NCBI GenBank assembly: GCA_030704615.1
Contig: CM060731.1
Coordinates: forward strand, 38,812,001-38,876,000
Direction: 5' to 3'
Source of the DNA: Takakia lepidozioides
Taxonomy: Eukaryota; Plantae; Bryophyta
DNA: 64,000 nucleotides
Position 1 is the first letter of the stretch. Each line of letters starts with the position of its first letter. The position numbers were made by a program, and so were the translations under genes. Under the pieces are notes generated by a model. The model searched no databases, had not been told where the DNA came from, and saw nothing but the letters and a program-made list of their open reading frames with translations. Positions 50,684-64,000 of the stretch are shown piece after piece.

Positions 50684-53136
50684 GACTTCATTGGCCTCTC
50701 GTCCCCTTCGTATCCAAACTCTCCCAAGTGTCCATTGCGGCACAGACAGTGACTTTATCATCACGGGACTGCTTAGAACGCCGCATTTGCTGAGAGATGG
50801 TGCGTGGGCTGGTCCACCAAGGAGTGGGAGTGTGAAACAATAGATGAAACTTGTCTGCAGGCATTCGAAGATGATTGTCTACTCCAATAAACAGATAGCT
50901 GCACAGTACAGTCTCCAACACGTTGTGGGTTGTGAGGGATGGGCGGAGGGAGGGAGAGAGCTGGATAGATCTACCCCGATCGAGAGAAAGGGAGGTGTAA
51001 TGGGTCAAGGACAGAAGCAGCGGCTGTGTATAATTACGAGGCCGATCATCACCGCCGTCGTTTTACAACGGCGGCCCCGCCGACGATAACCGCCCATCAC
51101 AACGCTCCCCTACTCTCTCTCATGTCTACAATGCTATCCCTACTTCCAAGTTCCATTTTCCGAAGAAAACTCGTCTACGCATTTCAAAAACTATGTGTCT
51201 CACATTGATGCGGTGCAGGACACGAGGCTTAGGCTGCCATGAATGCAATATCGGCAGCTTTGGTTGATGAGGCAGGAAAACGAAGGTCAGCTACGTGTAA
51301 CTTACTCGGACTTTTTAGCTTCTAAGTACCCTCACCTTACATCCTGCCATAAACCTGATCAGCCGGCCTTGTTTGCTACTTTTTGTTCTATACCACTCAA
51401 TGGTCCGGGTTACTTTTTATAGTTTAAGGCTTTCCATGTCCAAACGTCCAAACCCGAAACTCACATGCACACATAGGTGGTAAATTAGTAGGCTTACCAA
51501 AACAACAAAGGTAAAATGGTAAAGTTAAGGTTAAACTCAGCCGCATCGTTTTATAGAAAGACCCAAGTGGGGTGACTGTACAAATGAGTAAAACTGTCCC
51601 CAAATCTCATAGAGCTAGATTTAACAAAGAGAAATCAAACTATGTTAGTATCACCTACGGCCTGAAGAAGGTCAGACAACAGGAAAGAGGATGTGAATGG
51701 TTCCTTTGTTGTTGTTGAAATGAGGTGATTAGACAAGTCTTGGGTCAGAGCACTAGAGCAGGTAGCCCAATTTGTGCATAACCCATGTGATCTAGGGTTC
51801 AAAGTGTCCACCTTCCAATGGACGAGAGTGGTCATTCGGATGAAGAGAAGAGACACGGTAGTTTACACTTTCTCCGGGACGAGTCCTCTTTTGTGGTCAA
51901 AGACATTTCTTCGGACCAATGTTTATCCCCCAACTATTGAAAAAATCCGCGGCAATGTATGAATAAACTCATGCTAGCCTTTTTGTGCGGACTCTGCCTT
52001 TATCTTCTGATATCGGGTTCTCCAGGGTTATTTTTTCCTTGACTTTTAATCTGAGCAGGGTCTCTGCTGCTTCAAATAAAAATCCTGGAAATCTTTGTTC
52101 TTTCTTTGTAAATTCACTGGACGTTAAAGAAACTTTATCTTTATCTTTGTAAATCAAACAGATTTTTACCTTACTGTACTTTTTACTTTTGTTTTATTGT
52201 TTTCAATCTTGCTTGCATTCATTCATGTCGATGGATGACTCGTCCTTCATCTCCATCATGACAATTAACTACCTCATATGCACTCTTCAATTCCACGTCC
52301 AGCCCAACGTTTGAATGGATGACACTAAGGGATTGGTACTCAAGTTATCCGACGTCCTAACTTCTCCCAACAAGTAAGACCACCGCTGCTCTTGTTGTAC
52401 TGCCACAAAGACCGTGCAGCATGCATCACAGGACTTAGTATAAGCAGGGTGGTGTCAGGAACCTTTATGATAAAGTTATGTGCCGAATATTGGCAAGCTG
52501 GTCAGTCAGGTTCTGAATGACTGCAGTCGCAATAATTCCATTGCAGAGGAACACAATGACTGAGGTATGATTGATGGCATGATGGCCAATTTCCAGTTGC
52601 AAGGGACCTGTGGACAGTGGAAGGCCCACAGTGACCAACAGTTGATGGGCTGGGAGCCTGGGCCGAGTGAGTGTGTGGGGGAGAGAGAGAGAGGAAGATA
52701 CTTAAGAGTCAAGCTTTGACTACCCACACATTCCAACACTTCAGCACTCACCTTTCAATGTGCTGTGTTGGCAGAGTGGCCCACTCACTGTGCACACTCA
52801 CCTGTGAGCATTTGTGCATTGCTTCTTTGATGTGAGGGCCCGACATGACATGACATGACATTGTTGGGCACCAGGATGTTTGAATGGTCAAGACTGAAAA
52901 CTTGGGTAGGATGGGTTCAAAATACATGCCTTTCTGAGACTAATGTCAAACCTCTCCTCAAAACATGATTTTAAGTCTATCATTCCAATATAAGAAATGT
53001 TTTCAACAGAATAGTGTAAATTGCATAAAAACAAAAACAAAACAAAAAAAAAACATATATTCATGTGATCCCTAGAACTGTTGCGGTTTTGAGGTTGCTG
53101 CGACAAACTTCGAACCTAAACCCTAAACTTCGAAGA

Positions 53137-53174
53137 TGTGTAGATGTTCCGAAGATGTTCGGAACATCTACACA
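53137..53174. repeat. Perfect 17-bp inverted repeat with a 4-nt loop, next to a telomere-like motif
   Basis: TGTGTAGATGTTCCGAA-gatg-TTCGGAACATCTACACA; AACCTAAACCCTAAA at ~53113-53127. Confidence 0.85.
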
Positions 53175-53629
53175 AGTCTGGTCGGAAAAAAGTCTTAGAC
53201 ATGCATCAGGCTGGCGAAGTTTCTAAGATACCATACGCAAGGTTCTAGAGCAACATCAGCTTTAAAATGGTAGGGACAGAACTCCACATATTTTATGTAG
53301 TGGAATCACTGGTTTTTGGTTCATTGTTCAAATACTTTGTAATAGAAAAAAATATTTCTAATGTATATCTATATGGTTCAGGTGAGGAATTTGATCCGGA
53401 GTGATGAGTCTCGAGTCTTGACCAAAACAATCAACTTTGTCAAAATAACTAAATAGAAATATTAGATATCACCGAATTAAGTGTAAATAATCATGATTTT
53501 GTTCAAGAATGCTTCTCATTGTTGAATAATTATTTACCTTCTTTTGGAAAATGGACACCTTTAACAGCCATAACCTAGGGTATATGGTAGTTCAAACCTC
53601 AACTAAGGACTCCAAAGTATCCACACACT

Positions 53630-53961
53630 AAAGTTATCCCTAAAGTGCCAAAAACTGGGGACGAGTACCGCCAGTTCGGCCAAAAGCGGGGACGAGTTAA
53701 CAAACTGGGGCCAAACTCATACAAAGGGAAAAAAACATGGGATAAAACTACCAAAACTGGGGGTCAAACAGTTTCATACCCAGTTTGGGTTTTGCCAAGC
53801 TACACGCCCCTGACGCCGAGCGACCTGCGAGCAGGCTCATGCCCAATTCGGCAAACTCGTGCCCAATTTGGCTGATTTTACTTTTGCAGTCAATCTGGGG
53901 ATGAAACACAGGTTAGAACCAAACTGGGGACCAAACTGGACATGACTTTAAGGATAACTTT
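53630..53961. mobile_element. MITE-like element, ~332 bp
   Basis: Terminal inverted repeats AAAGTTATCCCTAAAGT / ACTTTAAGGATAACTTT, short TSD (ACT or TA depending on the boundary), internal AAACTGGGG repeats. Confidence 0.75.
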
Positions 53962-56900
53962 ACTATGTATCCGGTTGACTCAACAGCCCCCATTTTTATT
54001 GGCCATAGTGGGTGGATACAAACATCTAACATAGAGTTATGTGGCTTTGAAACCATGACTGCTTATAAGGTGCTCCTAACTCCTAACCAATTTCCATCTA
54101 TTGGTGGATGCATTTAATTTGTCGAAACTTTGCAAACTATTTGACCAAAAATAAACTATAAAAAATAAAATCAGTACACTTGAATAACTCTCATTTATAA
54201 TTTCCGGGAAGACCTCAAAATACAAAGTCACACTCTGCAACTAGTTTCTCTATATTTATCGGGACAAACAGATCATTGATTGGTGCACTGGTGGGGATCA
54301 TCCCTTTTTTTTTCATTTCTGCCTAGGCGTGGACATGGCGAAATGTTTGGGGATTAACCCCTATGCGTCAAAACGACCCAAATTGGGTCGGTTGGGTTTA
54401 CAAAACAGGTCGGTTATCCCTGAGGTTAAGCCTGATGTGGGCCCACATAGGCTCATTCGATTGGAAATCAAGTCAGGTTTGACGTGGTATTTCCCAATTG
54501 ATCATACGACCTAGCAACTTCCACGTGGAGAGCGTAGAGTCCGCCACCTGATTTTGAGGCCATTTTCCACCATCTAACATGCCCTAGGAGGATGACGTGG
54601 CAACAAGGGTCACCTTAGGGTGAAATTCCATGCAACCCCCCATGGCAGGGTGGCGCGTCTCCCAACACCCTTTATTGCGCCACTTACCCCCTAAATGGCA
54701 CCGGAGCCGACCTGCCTCGGAGATCTCCATGCCTAATCCCCAAGCTGGCGATGGTAGCTCCGGGCGTGGTTTGGTGTCAAACCTGTTGTTGTGAGGGGAG
54801 AGCGGGAGGAGACTCAATTGATGCGCAGCTCGAGACTTGCCTGGAGATGCTTCTTCGACATTTTTAACTATCGCAACAAAGGGAGGGTTTAGGGCCAAAA
54901 TGGACAAGTTGGTGCACTTAGGACTTAGGCAATTCAAAGATCCAAAATACCCCTCCAATTTCATCCAAACTCATCCAAATTCATCCAACATCATCCGTGG
55001 AAGTATGGATGTAGAAACCTCCCACATTCATCCAAATTCAAAATCTTGTTGGCATATTCCGTCCACTTTGTGAAATCCGGCGAATTTTGTTTCTCCGTCA
55101 TGAAATCCGGGACACATTTCTGGCATGGGTGGCCCATGAACGCATGGTGTGGGTGACCCCAAAACCCAATAAACATAGGGGTGGCCCGAACCTGGGTGGG
55201 GGGGTGGACATACCTTGGGAGGGGTGGAGGCCTAATCAATTTAGGGACGGGTAGGATGAGGCACCCCCTAAAACCCTCCACAAGAGAGGGCTACTGGCCA
55301 AAAATTATAGGCCCACATAGGTGCAATTGCAAGTCTCATGGGCAGGGGGTAAAAGACCTAGTAGGGGACTCAGATTGGCCCGAAATGTTTTTGAAGGAAA
55401 AGCCATACCCACCCACAACATTCCCACCGGAGCGATTGTCAAATGAACGGCTCAAAAAATTTCCTTAATTTTCTGAACAAACCTTTTCACCTGCCCGCAG
55501 GAAAACCCCAAATTTGACCCCCCATTTTTAGCATACAAAGCAGCCCACCTGAGATTATGTCAGAAAAAGATGAAATTTGCAGGGAAGGTGTCTTATATGA
55601 CAGGGCACCAGATTCTGGAGAGTGTCATGTCAGACCAGTTTGCAGATGGGAAATTCGATAGAAAAAGCACTTTTTTTTCCCTATTTACTTGAATTTGTTT
55701 TGCACCACTTTAGACATTACATTCTTTGGATCTACAGGTTGGATTTAGACAGGGATTTTTGTGGTCGTAGGTGGGGTAGTTGAGAGTATATTCCAACGGT
55801 CAGTTTTACAGGGCCTTAGTAAATCTCAAGATATAAATGTTTTAGAGGGCCAGGGTCCAGTTTTTGAGGTCTTGGCAAAAATTGGCCCTTGTCCTTTAGG
55901 GGTTAAGTGTAGAGGTGGCGACTAGTACAATGTCCACCTGGATCCTACCTGGCTACAGGTATGCTATACATTGTGCAATATGGTGAATTCTTCAGAGCTT
56001 ATATATATTACCCAGGTCACACATCTGGAAATGGAGGCAGAAATAGGTGGCGAAAGTAGCCCATCTACTGTAGGAAAGTCGCTATGGCAGGTGCAGGTGG
56101 CGAGATCCTGTAGGATCCTGGTGGCCCTTCGATTTAGGGCGCAATGGGACCCAATTCCCAGGCGAAAAGGGTCGGTTCCCCTGGTGCTCTCTGGCTCCAC
56201 ACTGGCCAGGGAACCGACACTTTCCAGCTTTCCGGCTATCTTGTTTTTCAGGACCCTGTTTTTTGCATAGGGGTGTTGCGGGCCCATTTTTGGTTTGTGC
56301 TTTTAGGCTGAATATCGCCTAAAAAGGAAGGGCTGAGTGGGGATGTGGAGAAATGGCACAACATTGCAAATTGCAAATTGCACTATGATGATGCGTCGTT
56401 GGAAAGCCCTCAAGGTGCGCTCTGAGGTCAACTGAAATCTTAGGAATGCACATGACAAAATAGTGCGGTTGTTCCGCCATTGCGTGGAACTGGACTATTA
56501 TGGGTGTAGCCTCGTAAATCTTAACCGGAAAATTTTGTATTATCAATGAGCAATTTTTTTGGTGTAAAAGGGTAAGGGATTGAGACCTCATTCAACACGT
56601 AGAGTACATGACCAACCACTATATTTATAGATGTGAACATCGACCACCCATAATTAGAAACACGAACAACGTGAAATGTCCGGCACTGAAGAGCCTTTGA
56701 TATCAAAAGTCATTGCCAGTTGATACTCACTTCCATGTACTTATTGGAATTTGTTGGCTCTCTTGTAGAGAGAGACTTTGCAACATGTTGAAGTCAATGG
56801 AGAAAATGTGGTCAAAGGACCTTACACCGTGTCAAGCCTCCGATTGGGGTGTTGTGCTGAGTCCCCCTTAGTCTCACCTCCTCTTATGTTTTGCCAAAGC

Positions 56901-57010
56901 AAGAGAGCCCATCGCCGTTTTGGGCTTGTTAATTTATAAGTTTGGCACCAACTTTCACCGATGTTTCTTTTGATATGGAGTTTCTTTTTTTATATATAGT
57001 TTTTATTTAA

Positions 57011-57190
57011 ACAACCAACATGTAGCCCAGTGGTAAGGGCATATACCCTCTTACGAGTGGTTGTGGGTTTAAACCACCCTGTTGGTTGTTACAAAGGTAT
57101 CCACCTTCCTACCGGAAGGCAATAGCCATTCTGGGTCAAGTGACACCATAAGTTACATTTGCTTCGGCAACGCGTCCGCTTTTTTTTAGT
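57011..57190 (+). mobile_element. tRNA-derived SINE-like element
   Basis: A box TAGCCCAGTGG and degenerate B box GGTTTAAACCAC, closed by a 10-bp stem (ACAACCAACA/TGTTGGTTGT); T-tract at ~57180. Confidence 0.45.
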
Positions 57191-57931
57191 TTTTATTTAT
57201 ATATAGATTTGGATAGTTGATTTGATGTTGCACTATACATGGATAAGACAATGATAAAAAAAATTGTATGAGATCAAACACATTTTGCGACTTTTAACTA
57301 CAATTAATGAAATTGAAAAGCAGTCTAGACACATTTTTCGTCTTTTGATAGCAAATTCAATCCCAGATGATTGAGGAACACATGGAAGCTACATTTTGTG
57401 TCAAATACTCTTGTCTTCTACAATATGCACTTCCAATAGAATTTATATAGGTGTAGAAAATCTCTCACCTCCCTCCCCCCTCCCACCACCCCCCTCATCG
57501 CCACCTCATCCTATGTCTCTCTAATCTTCTTATTTGTCCGCCATGTTTCCAATCATAGAAGGGTATGGACTCTCCTCAATGATTGTCACTCGGGGAAGCA
57601 AAGACTAGGCTGGTGGGATAGTAGCAACCCTCCACCCTCCCCAACAGCAATTCTCTCCCTTGTCCGCCACTCTGTCCTGGAACCTCACGTATGAGGGGTT
57701 GTCGGTGCACAAGGATGGTAGTAACCAGTTTGTTCATCAGGAATGTAGCAGTAAGAGAAGAAAGTCCAAAACAGTCTTCTTTTGGGAGCTCCCGCTGTTA
57801 TACCCCCCACTCGCTGGTTTCAGGTGGGTCTCCACCATCCCTCCCGCTGATAAGCGTACCAAATACAGCTTCACCTCATCATGGCCATCAAATCAATATG
57901 GAAGCTCCATTGGCCTGTGTCTCCCCCCTCC

Positions 57932-60270
57932 ATGAATCTCTCCCTCTGCAGCTGGAATATAAGAGGCATTGGCTCTGAGCATTCGGCCCCGAAAAGGGCC
58001 AGAATCAGACCTTGGGCCTCAGACTTTCTCAATAAGAGAGCACTTATCCTACTCCAAGAACATAAGTTAGATCAGGCAAAAATCACCTCTTTGGGGGGCT
58101 CCATCCCACTGCCAATGCTTATTGGAACCCAACAGTCACTGATTCTAAGGGAGGAACGACAATTCTCATCTCCATTTTGCTAGGATAGTTTGTGCTTTCT
58201 ATTGGGGTGTGGGTCCAAGGTAGTGTGCACTTCCTGATCTTCAACCTCGGCCAATCCTTGGGCTCTCTGGGACTGCTAAATGTTTATGCTCCCAATGGAG
58301 AGGATGAAAAGATAGCTCTGTGGGACCTTATAAGGAGCAAACTGCTGCAAGCTGTGGACATCCATCATTGGCAAATTGCAGGTGACTTCAACATGGTTGA
58401 GGAAGAGACTGACCGCTTGGGTCCTTCGGCTCACAGCTTGTCAATTCCTGAAAGAAACTCGTAGGATTCGTTGTGCATGGTGATAGGGCTGCTAGATGCC
58501 ACAGCCCAAGGCAGGGGGAACTCAAATACACCTGGTCGAATAACAGATGTCCTCCAAATTTATGCCAGGCCAGGCTGGATAGATTTTACTGCACGGCCAC
58601 GTTGCTGCAATGGTCCAAAAGAGTTCCTATCGAACCAATCCAACCAGGCTTTGACCATGCAGCCATTCATATTATGCTTGCCACACCAGGTTCCAAAGTC
58701 AAAAGCAGGGGTTTCTTCAAATTAAACCTAACTATTGTGCAAGACCCGCTAGTGGTTCGAACCCTAGAAGTGGCATAGCTCATCCTTTCACCTCCATCAC
58801 GTTGTCTTTCCTCTCCAAACTTCAAAAGCTACGAACGTTATGTCAAGAGATTTCCAGGGAAAAGGCAGAGGAGAACTCGAGGAGGCAGAAAGCTGTAGCA
58901 AAATGTTTAGAAGTATGCCAGTTCCAGCTGCAATCAATGCATGAGGGGCCACATACGTTGTTATCGTACAACATGGCCAAGAGAAACTTGTTTATGCTCT
59001 TACATACCAAGGAAAATTTCATGAGGATCAAGGCAGGGGTTAACTGGTCTTTTAAGGGAGAGAAGATGACCAAATATTTTTTCACCAAGGCGGCACAACG
59101 TAGATCTGCCACTGCAGTTCCTGCTCTGATAGACCCAGACGCCGGCCTTATTTCTGATAACCCCGAGATCATGGCTAAAGTGGCAGCAACATATTTCAGG
59201 AAACTTCCAATGCCAGCCCCCTCTGCTATCAAGGACCAGGCAAGAGCAGACCTTATTGAAAGAATCCCATGTGCTCTGTCGGAAGGACAAAAGACCTCCA
59301 TAACGGATGCTTTCACCACCGAGGAACTGGGCCGCGCAATAGAATCTTTGGCTTCAATGGAATCGCCCGGCATGGATGGACTGCCAGTTGAATTCTTCAA
59401 GGTGATGTGGAGAACTATTGGAGGGGATTTCCTATTAATGATCAATGACATACTGGAGAAGAAAATGATGCCCTCTCAAATCTCAGAGGGGCTGGTCACC
59501 TTGATCTTTAAAAAAAGGGACAGACATAGTATGGCCAACTATCGCCCAATAACTCTTCTCAACTCCACATACAAAGTCATTGCAAAGGCTCTAGCCCTCA
59601 GGCTTCAGCCCCTGTTGCCACAAATTATCAGAAAGGACCAGACAGGCTTCCTCAAAGATCGTATGATACTGGACAATATATTATTGGGCCATGAAGCCTT
59701 GCACAGGGCAATGTTGAACCACCAGCTGTTAGCCTTCCTTATGCTCGACTTTGAAAAGGCCTCTGACACAATCGATTGGATTTTCTTGCTGCAGGCTATG
59801 GAAAAAATAGAACTGACAGGTTCATTTCTAATCAGGGTTCACATCCTTCTTCACTCGGCCTCAAGTAGAGTAATGGTCAATGGGGTCATCTCTCAATCAT
59901 TTCCCATTTCCAGGTCGGTGAGACAATGATGCCCACTGACCCTTTCTTTTTTCTGATTGCAGCTGACCCCTTCGGACACCTCATGGACTACATGCATGAC
60001 ATAGTGGGGCTCCATTTGCCAACACTCCAAGAAGAAATGCTAAAGTTGTCCATGTATGCAGACGACATGGTGTTGTTGTTGGACAATTCATGCAAAGAGA
60101 ATATTGACAGAGCATTGCAGGCACTGCACACCTTCTGTCCCGCATCTGGTCTCAAGGTGAATTGGAGAAAATCCGTGGGAAACCTATCTATCTTGCAAAA
60201 TGGCTCATCTGCAAGTCACTACCCATCATGGGGACAAGAGATAGGCTTGACTTCTCTCGCCATTGTAGCA
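57932..60270 (+). mobile_element. Degenerate L1-clade LINE ORF2 (APE endonuclease plus RT), 3'-truncated
   Basis: SWNIRG, LLQEHK, NVYAPN, GDFN, YTW, RLDRFY, SPGMDGLPVEFFK, NYRPITLLNSTYK, LDFEKA, MYADD and SGLKVNWRKS across several stops and frameshifts; homology ends at an AT-rich block. Confidence 0.93.
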
Positions 60271-61634
60271 CCCCTATATTAATTCTAAAAAATATATAAT
60301 TGGAGCATATATTCATAACCCTATTTTTATTTAAATACGGTATCCACAATAAGGACGCCAATTTTATTCCTAAAAATATTGTAAATTTTATCTTCAAAGA
60401 ATTGTTACTCTATATTTTTTTGCACGCCGGAAAAAAATGGAAGTGACTTCCCCGGGACTGGATATTTTAATTTGACGTCAAAATTTAGAGTTTACAACCA
60501 CTTGTCTATATGCCACCTCACCATTGTATATTATATGTTTGTATGTCTTTTGGTAAAAGATGACAACCCAAAAAACCAAAACATAAGGTGCTATAGATAA
60601 TTTGTTTTTAAGGTGTAAAATAGTCCACAGCTCTGAATTCCTACGGTAGTCCATGTAAAAGTGGATTTGGGTTGGTTTTAAAAATGGCACGTTTTTCTTT
60701 GTGGCATTATATGAGTGTAGATGATATTTTCTTAGTCCATAAGATTTTATGTGTAACATCTACAATCCATAGTAATAAGCTTTAAAGTCCATGGCTCTTT
60801 GATACATGATTGTTTTTACAATCTGACAGTTGGTACACATACCTATTGTAGTTAGAAACCCTACCCCATATAAATTTAGATGAAATATTGAGTTGTTGGA
60901 CAAATATGGGTAAAACGTCCATGGAGGAAGGTCACTGCAGTAACTGTATGTTACGCAGTTTTTGGTCCACCCATCTGACAAATCGTTCGTTCAAAGCTAG
61001 CATAAATCATGAAGGGATTGAAAACATTGGAAACTGATTATTCTCTATTTCAGAGTGAGTAATTTGTCTGTAGATCCTTATCATTAGCTTTCAGGCTGGT
61101 TGATTGAATTAGACAGCAATGGAGACGGAGGTATCACTTAAATGGATTATGATCCGTTGGAGAATAACAGCGATGATGGGGTCGGCATACATATGGACCA
61201 CCATATCCATTGATGATTTGATGTAAGCCTTAAGACAAGTAATAATGACTGGTTCTCTAAAGTATCTTGTGCAGCAGACTCCCGAACACTGTTATGTTAT
61301 TATTCTGAGGGCTTCCTAGCTGTTCCCATTGTACATGCATCTCACATTCAGATCTCTCTCTTCATTCATTTCATATCATCTGTTTTACATTTGTCGATGT
61401 TCGTGTTGCAAGGATCTCGCCTTGACTGCTACGCTCTTAACACCGTTGATGTAGATAATAACAATGTGGGTAGAAGGCGTTGGGTTTCAAGCACTTAGCT
61501 CCTTAAAGGGAGGACTGCACTTCCTTTGCATTAATTAGTAGTGGAGTCCAAGAGTTGTAGCCTTGATTTGAAGCTGAAGTACTTATTAATATAAGCTTTT
61601 GACATGCTTTGACATTATTAGATTAAGCATTAGA

Positions 61635-61720
61635 AATGGGAGCTTGACCACATCATGTTTGTGTGCGTTTGCAGTGCGTGTGCAAGCCTGCAGCCCTGGA
61701 AAAGGGCAAAGTATAAAAGT
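61635..61720 (+). pseudogene. Tiny PPR L-motif relic
   Basis: gaccacatcatgtttgtgtgcgtttgcagtgcgtgtgcaagcctgcagccctggaaaagggcaaa reads DHIMFVCVCSACASL(A)ALEKGK with a 1-bp deletion, matching the L motifs of the intact PPR genes. Confidence 0.5.
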
Positions 61721-64000
61721 TGGAGCATGAGCATTAACTTACAATACTCAATCTATTCCATGCAAATATTCATTTGAATGAGCAAGAATAGCACATATCG
61801 ACGATGACATTGTAAATCCCATAATGGCAGCTGAGCTAGATGTGTTAATGTTTGAAAACGTATCTGTTTCAAATTCCAACAATGTTAATCAATCTTCGTA
61901 CATTCATATGGATACTAGCTTGTCTCATGTGACTAATCTATTTATATGAGAGTCACTCAAATTTTTGGCCCAAAACCATGCGTGGACAACTTCGTCTTTA
62001 AGCTTTTAAAGTGTACAGTAGTAGATTGCAACCGCATCGACTATACAAACTACTGCTATAACATCTCAACATGTAATATTATAATTAAATACACCTTGAG
62101 CCTTGGACATATGAATCCGTCAAAAAAATCCTACAGGGAAGGTTTGTAGTTTGAAATCACCTCACACATAGAATTAAGACTCTCCCCCACAAGTAAGCAA
62201 AATCAATCACAACTTGGAGACTATTGATTGATAGGTATCACTTCATCTCATATCATTTTTGTACTATTTTTATCCACTTCCAAACAATGATAATGATGGA
62301 AACAATTTTGGCAATAATGATAAACTCTAATTCTGGAGCCAACACAAGCCAAATCTCTTGACCATTATCTGTCATGTGCATCCAGTGGTCTGCCTTATCC
62401 TTATCCCTATAAAGCAGTAGACTGATGTACCAGATCAGATATCAAGGACCAGAAAGCTGCTTGCCTTTGTGCAACTAAAATTATACCGCACGTAAAATAA
62501 ATTCACCCTGTAATAATATGAAAAAGGAGGGTTCCTAGGGTGGCTGTTTAGTTTTGAGAGCATTAGATTTATGGTAGAGAGGATAGGGAAAAGGCTTACA
62601 AACCACTAATGGATTGGGTGGTATGTACAGTTTATTGAGCAACAACAGCAAGCACTCTGCCAATCTTGATATCATGTGCCAACCACAGCCAGGTGATTGA
62701 CACCATCTCTTGAGTCTTGTCAGCAAAATCATGTCGTTTTGTTGATCAGGTCTGGTTAGGTCGTTCAAAACACCATGGTGGCAGAGATGACTAGTTCTTG
62801 ATCCAGCAACCCACTACCTATCTTTACACTTGCAACTCGTTTGACGCCCTGTAAGAGGTTGACCCAGAATGGACTATTAAGGATGGCAAACCTAACCCCA
62901 AGGCCTATGCAAGAAGATCATGTCAGTCAGACCTGCCTTTACGTGCAGTGACCGATCAAGCTGTGAATGAAGGTATGTCATGCTCAATGGCATGCCAATC
63001 CTCAAAGTTTACACAAGGTGATCAAAGCCTGCACGCAAAGAAGCTGACTTGATTTCTTGTGTGATAATTGTGCAATCATCGACGGGGAACTTCAGTACAG
63101 TATTTGGCTGAGACTGAAACTGAAAGGCAGCATGAGGGCTCTTTGTGGGTGTCTACATGCCAACAGAGGGAGCCCTTAGTGTGACGCTTATAAAGCCTTC
63201 AAGGAAGTTAACCTTGACTTGCTCCAAAATTTCATCAACACCTGGGGCAAAGGCAACCTGCTCGGAACCTATCATCCTGACCTTCATTTTCAATGGAAAG
63301 ATGGCATCCCCCCACAATGGGAAGTCCCCTAGTGATGGGGAGGAAGCCGACTTCAACTAGCATCATAAGAGAGCTAGAGACACAAGTTTAAGACTCAATT
63401 GAAATTCTAGTACCTACAAGCTTCTCTGCAAATGCCTCTCAAAGTTCCCTGCTCTTGTCTTGAGCTCCCTCCACAGTTATCTCACTCCCTAGATAGCTAC
63501 TCCTCTTTCCCTCACTCGATCTTCCCCTCCTCGGATACACTCGCTCACCACTACATCACTCCTCAAGCCCTTAATCCACCTCATCATCTGTCTCTGCTTC
63601 CATATCTCGATGCTCTGGTTCTTGTTTGTAGCTAGTTTGCTAGGGTTACACGAAAGTTCCCCCTCAGGTAAATCTCTCCGTTTATTTGAGCAAAATAAGT
63701 TTTTTTTTTATAAAAATGAGTAAAAGAGGACGGAGGCCCTTTTATTAATAATAAAAAGAGTCACATTTAGTGGAAAAGATAACCACTACTGAGGCCGTGA
63801 AGGCTAACCTTAAATGAATCACATTAATTTGCATATATGCCTATTTTGAATATGTGACATCCACAGTACACCCAGTGTTCTTTTTTTCACTTTTCCAAAG
63901 TTGTCACAAGGGCCACATGTAAATTCTACCCAGTGCCCATGTGGTGAGAATAACGAGGTGGCAGGGTTCGAAAAGTTGCTTGTATAGCAGGTCTCACATT

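Noticed and set aside
54200-56350. GC-rich TE- or LTR-like sequence
   Set aside because: Probably repetitive, but no paired termini, primer-binding site or coding motifs could be established.
62530-63420. Possible LINE ORF1 remnant on the minus strand
   Set aside because: Too degenerate; no diagnostic zinc knuckle or RRM motif recognised.

Overview
Eukaryotic nuclear DNA from a land plant, most likely a non-seed lineage with abundant organellar C-to-U editing (inferred from two moss-type PLS-DYW PPR genes plus three PPR relics). Positions 1-13.5 kb hold the 5' part of a giant minus-strand gene (over 4,400 aa, running off the window start). It encodes a low-complexity head and about 29-30 tandem 126/131-aa Glu/Pro/Ala/Val-rich, titin-PEVK-like repeats nested into ~1.55 kb and ~6.19 kb higher-order repeats; the scattered 1-bp indels look like sequencing errors. 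Unexplained spliced ORF-bearing exons lie just upstream. A 5-exon RPP38-like L7Ae gene that the ORF track shows only in pieces lies at 23.4-25.3 kb. From 32.9 to 50.7 kb the gene order is mirror-like: U-box(+), PPR-DYW(-), PPR-DYW(+), U-box(-). Between the two PPR genes, an RTE/RTEX-like non-LTR retrotransposon family has repeatedly inserted at or next to (CT)n tracts, leaving copies from 1.8 kb down to ~34 bp with target-site duplications. The rest is TE debris: two MITEs, tRNA-like SINE heads, an L1 ORF2 and unassigned repeats. All gene models are manual reconstructions with no expression or database support.
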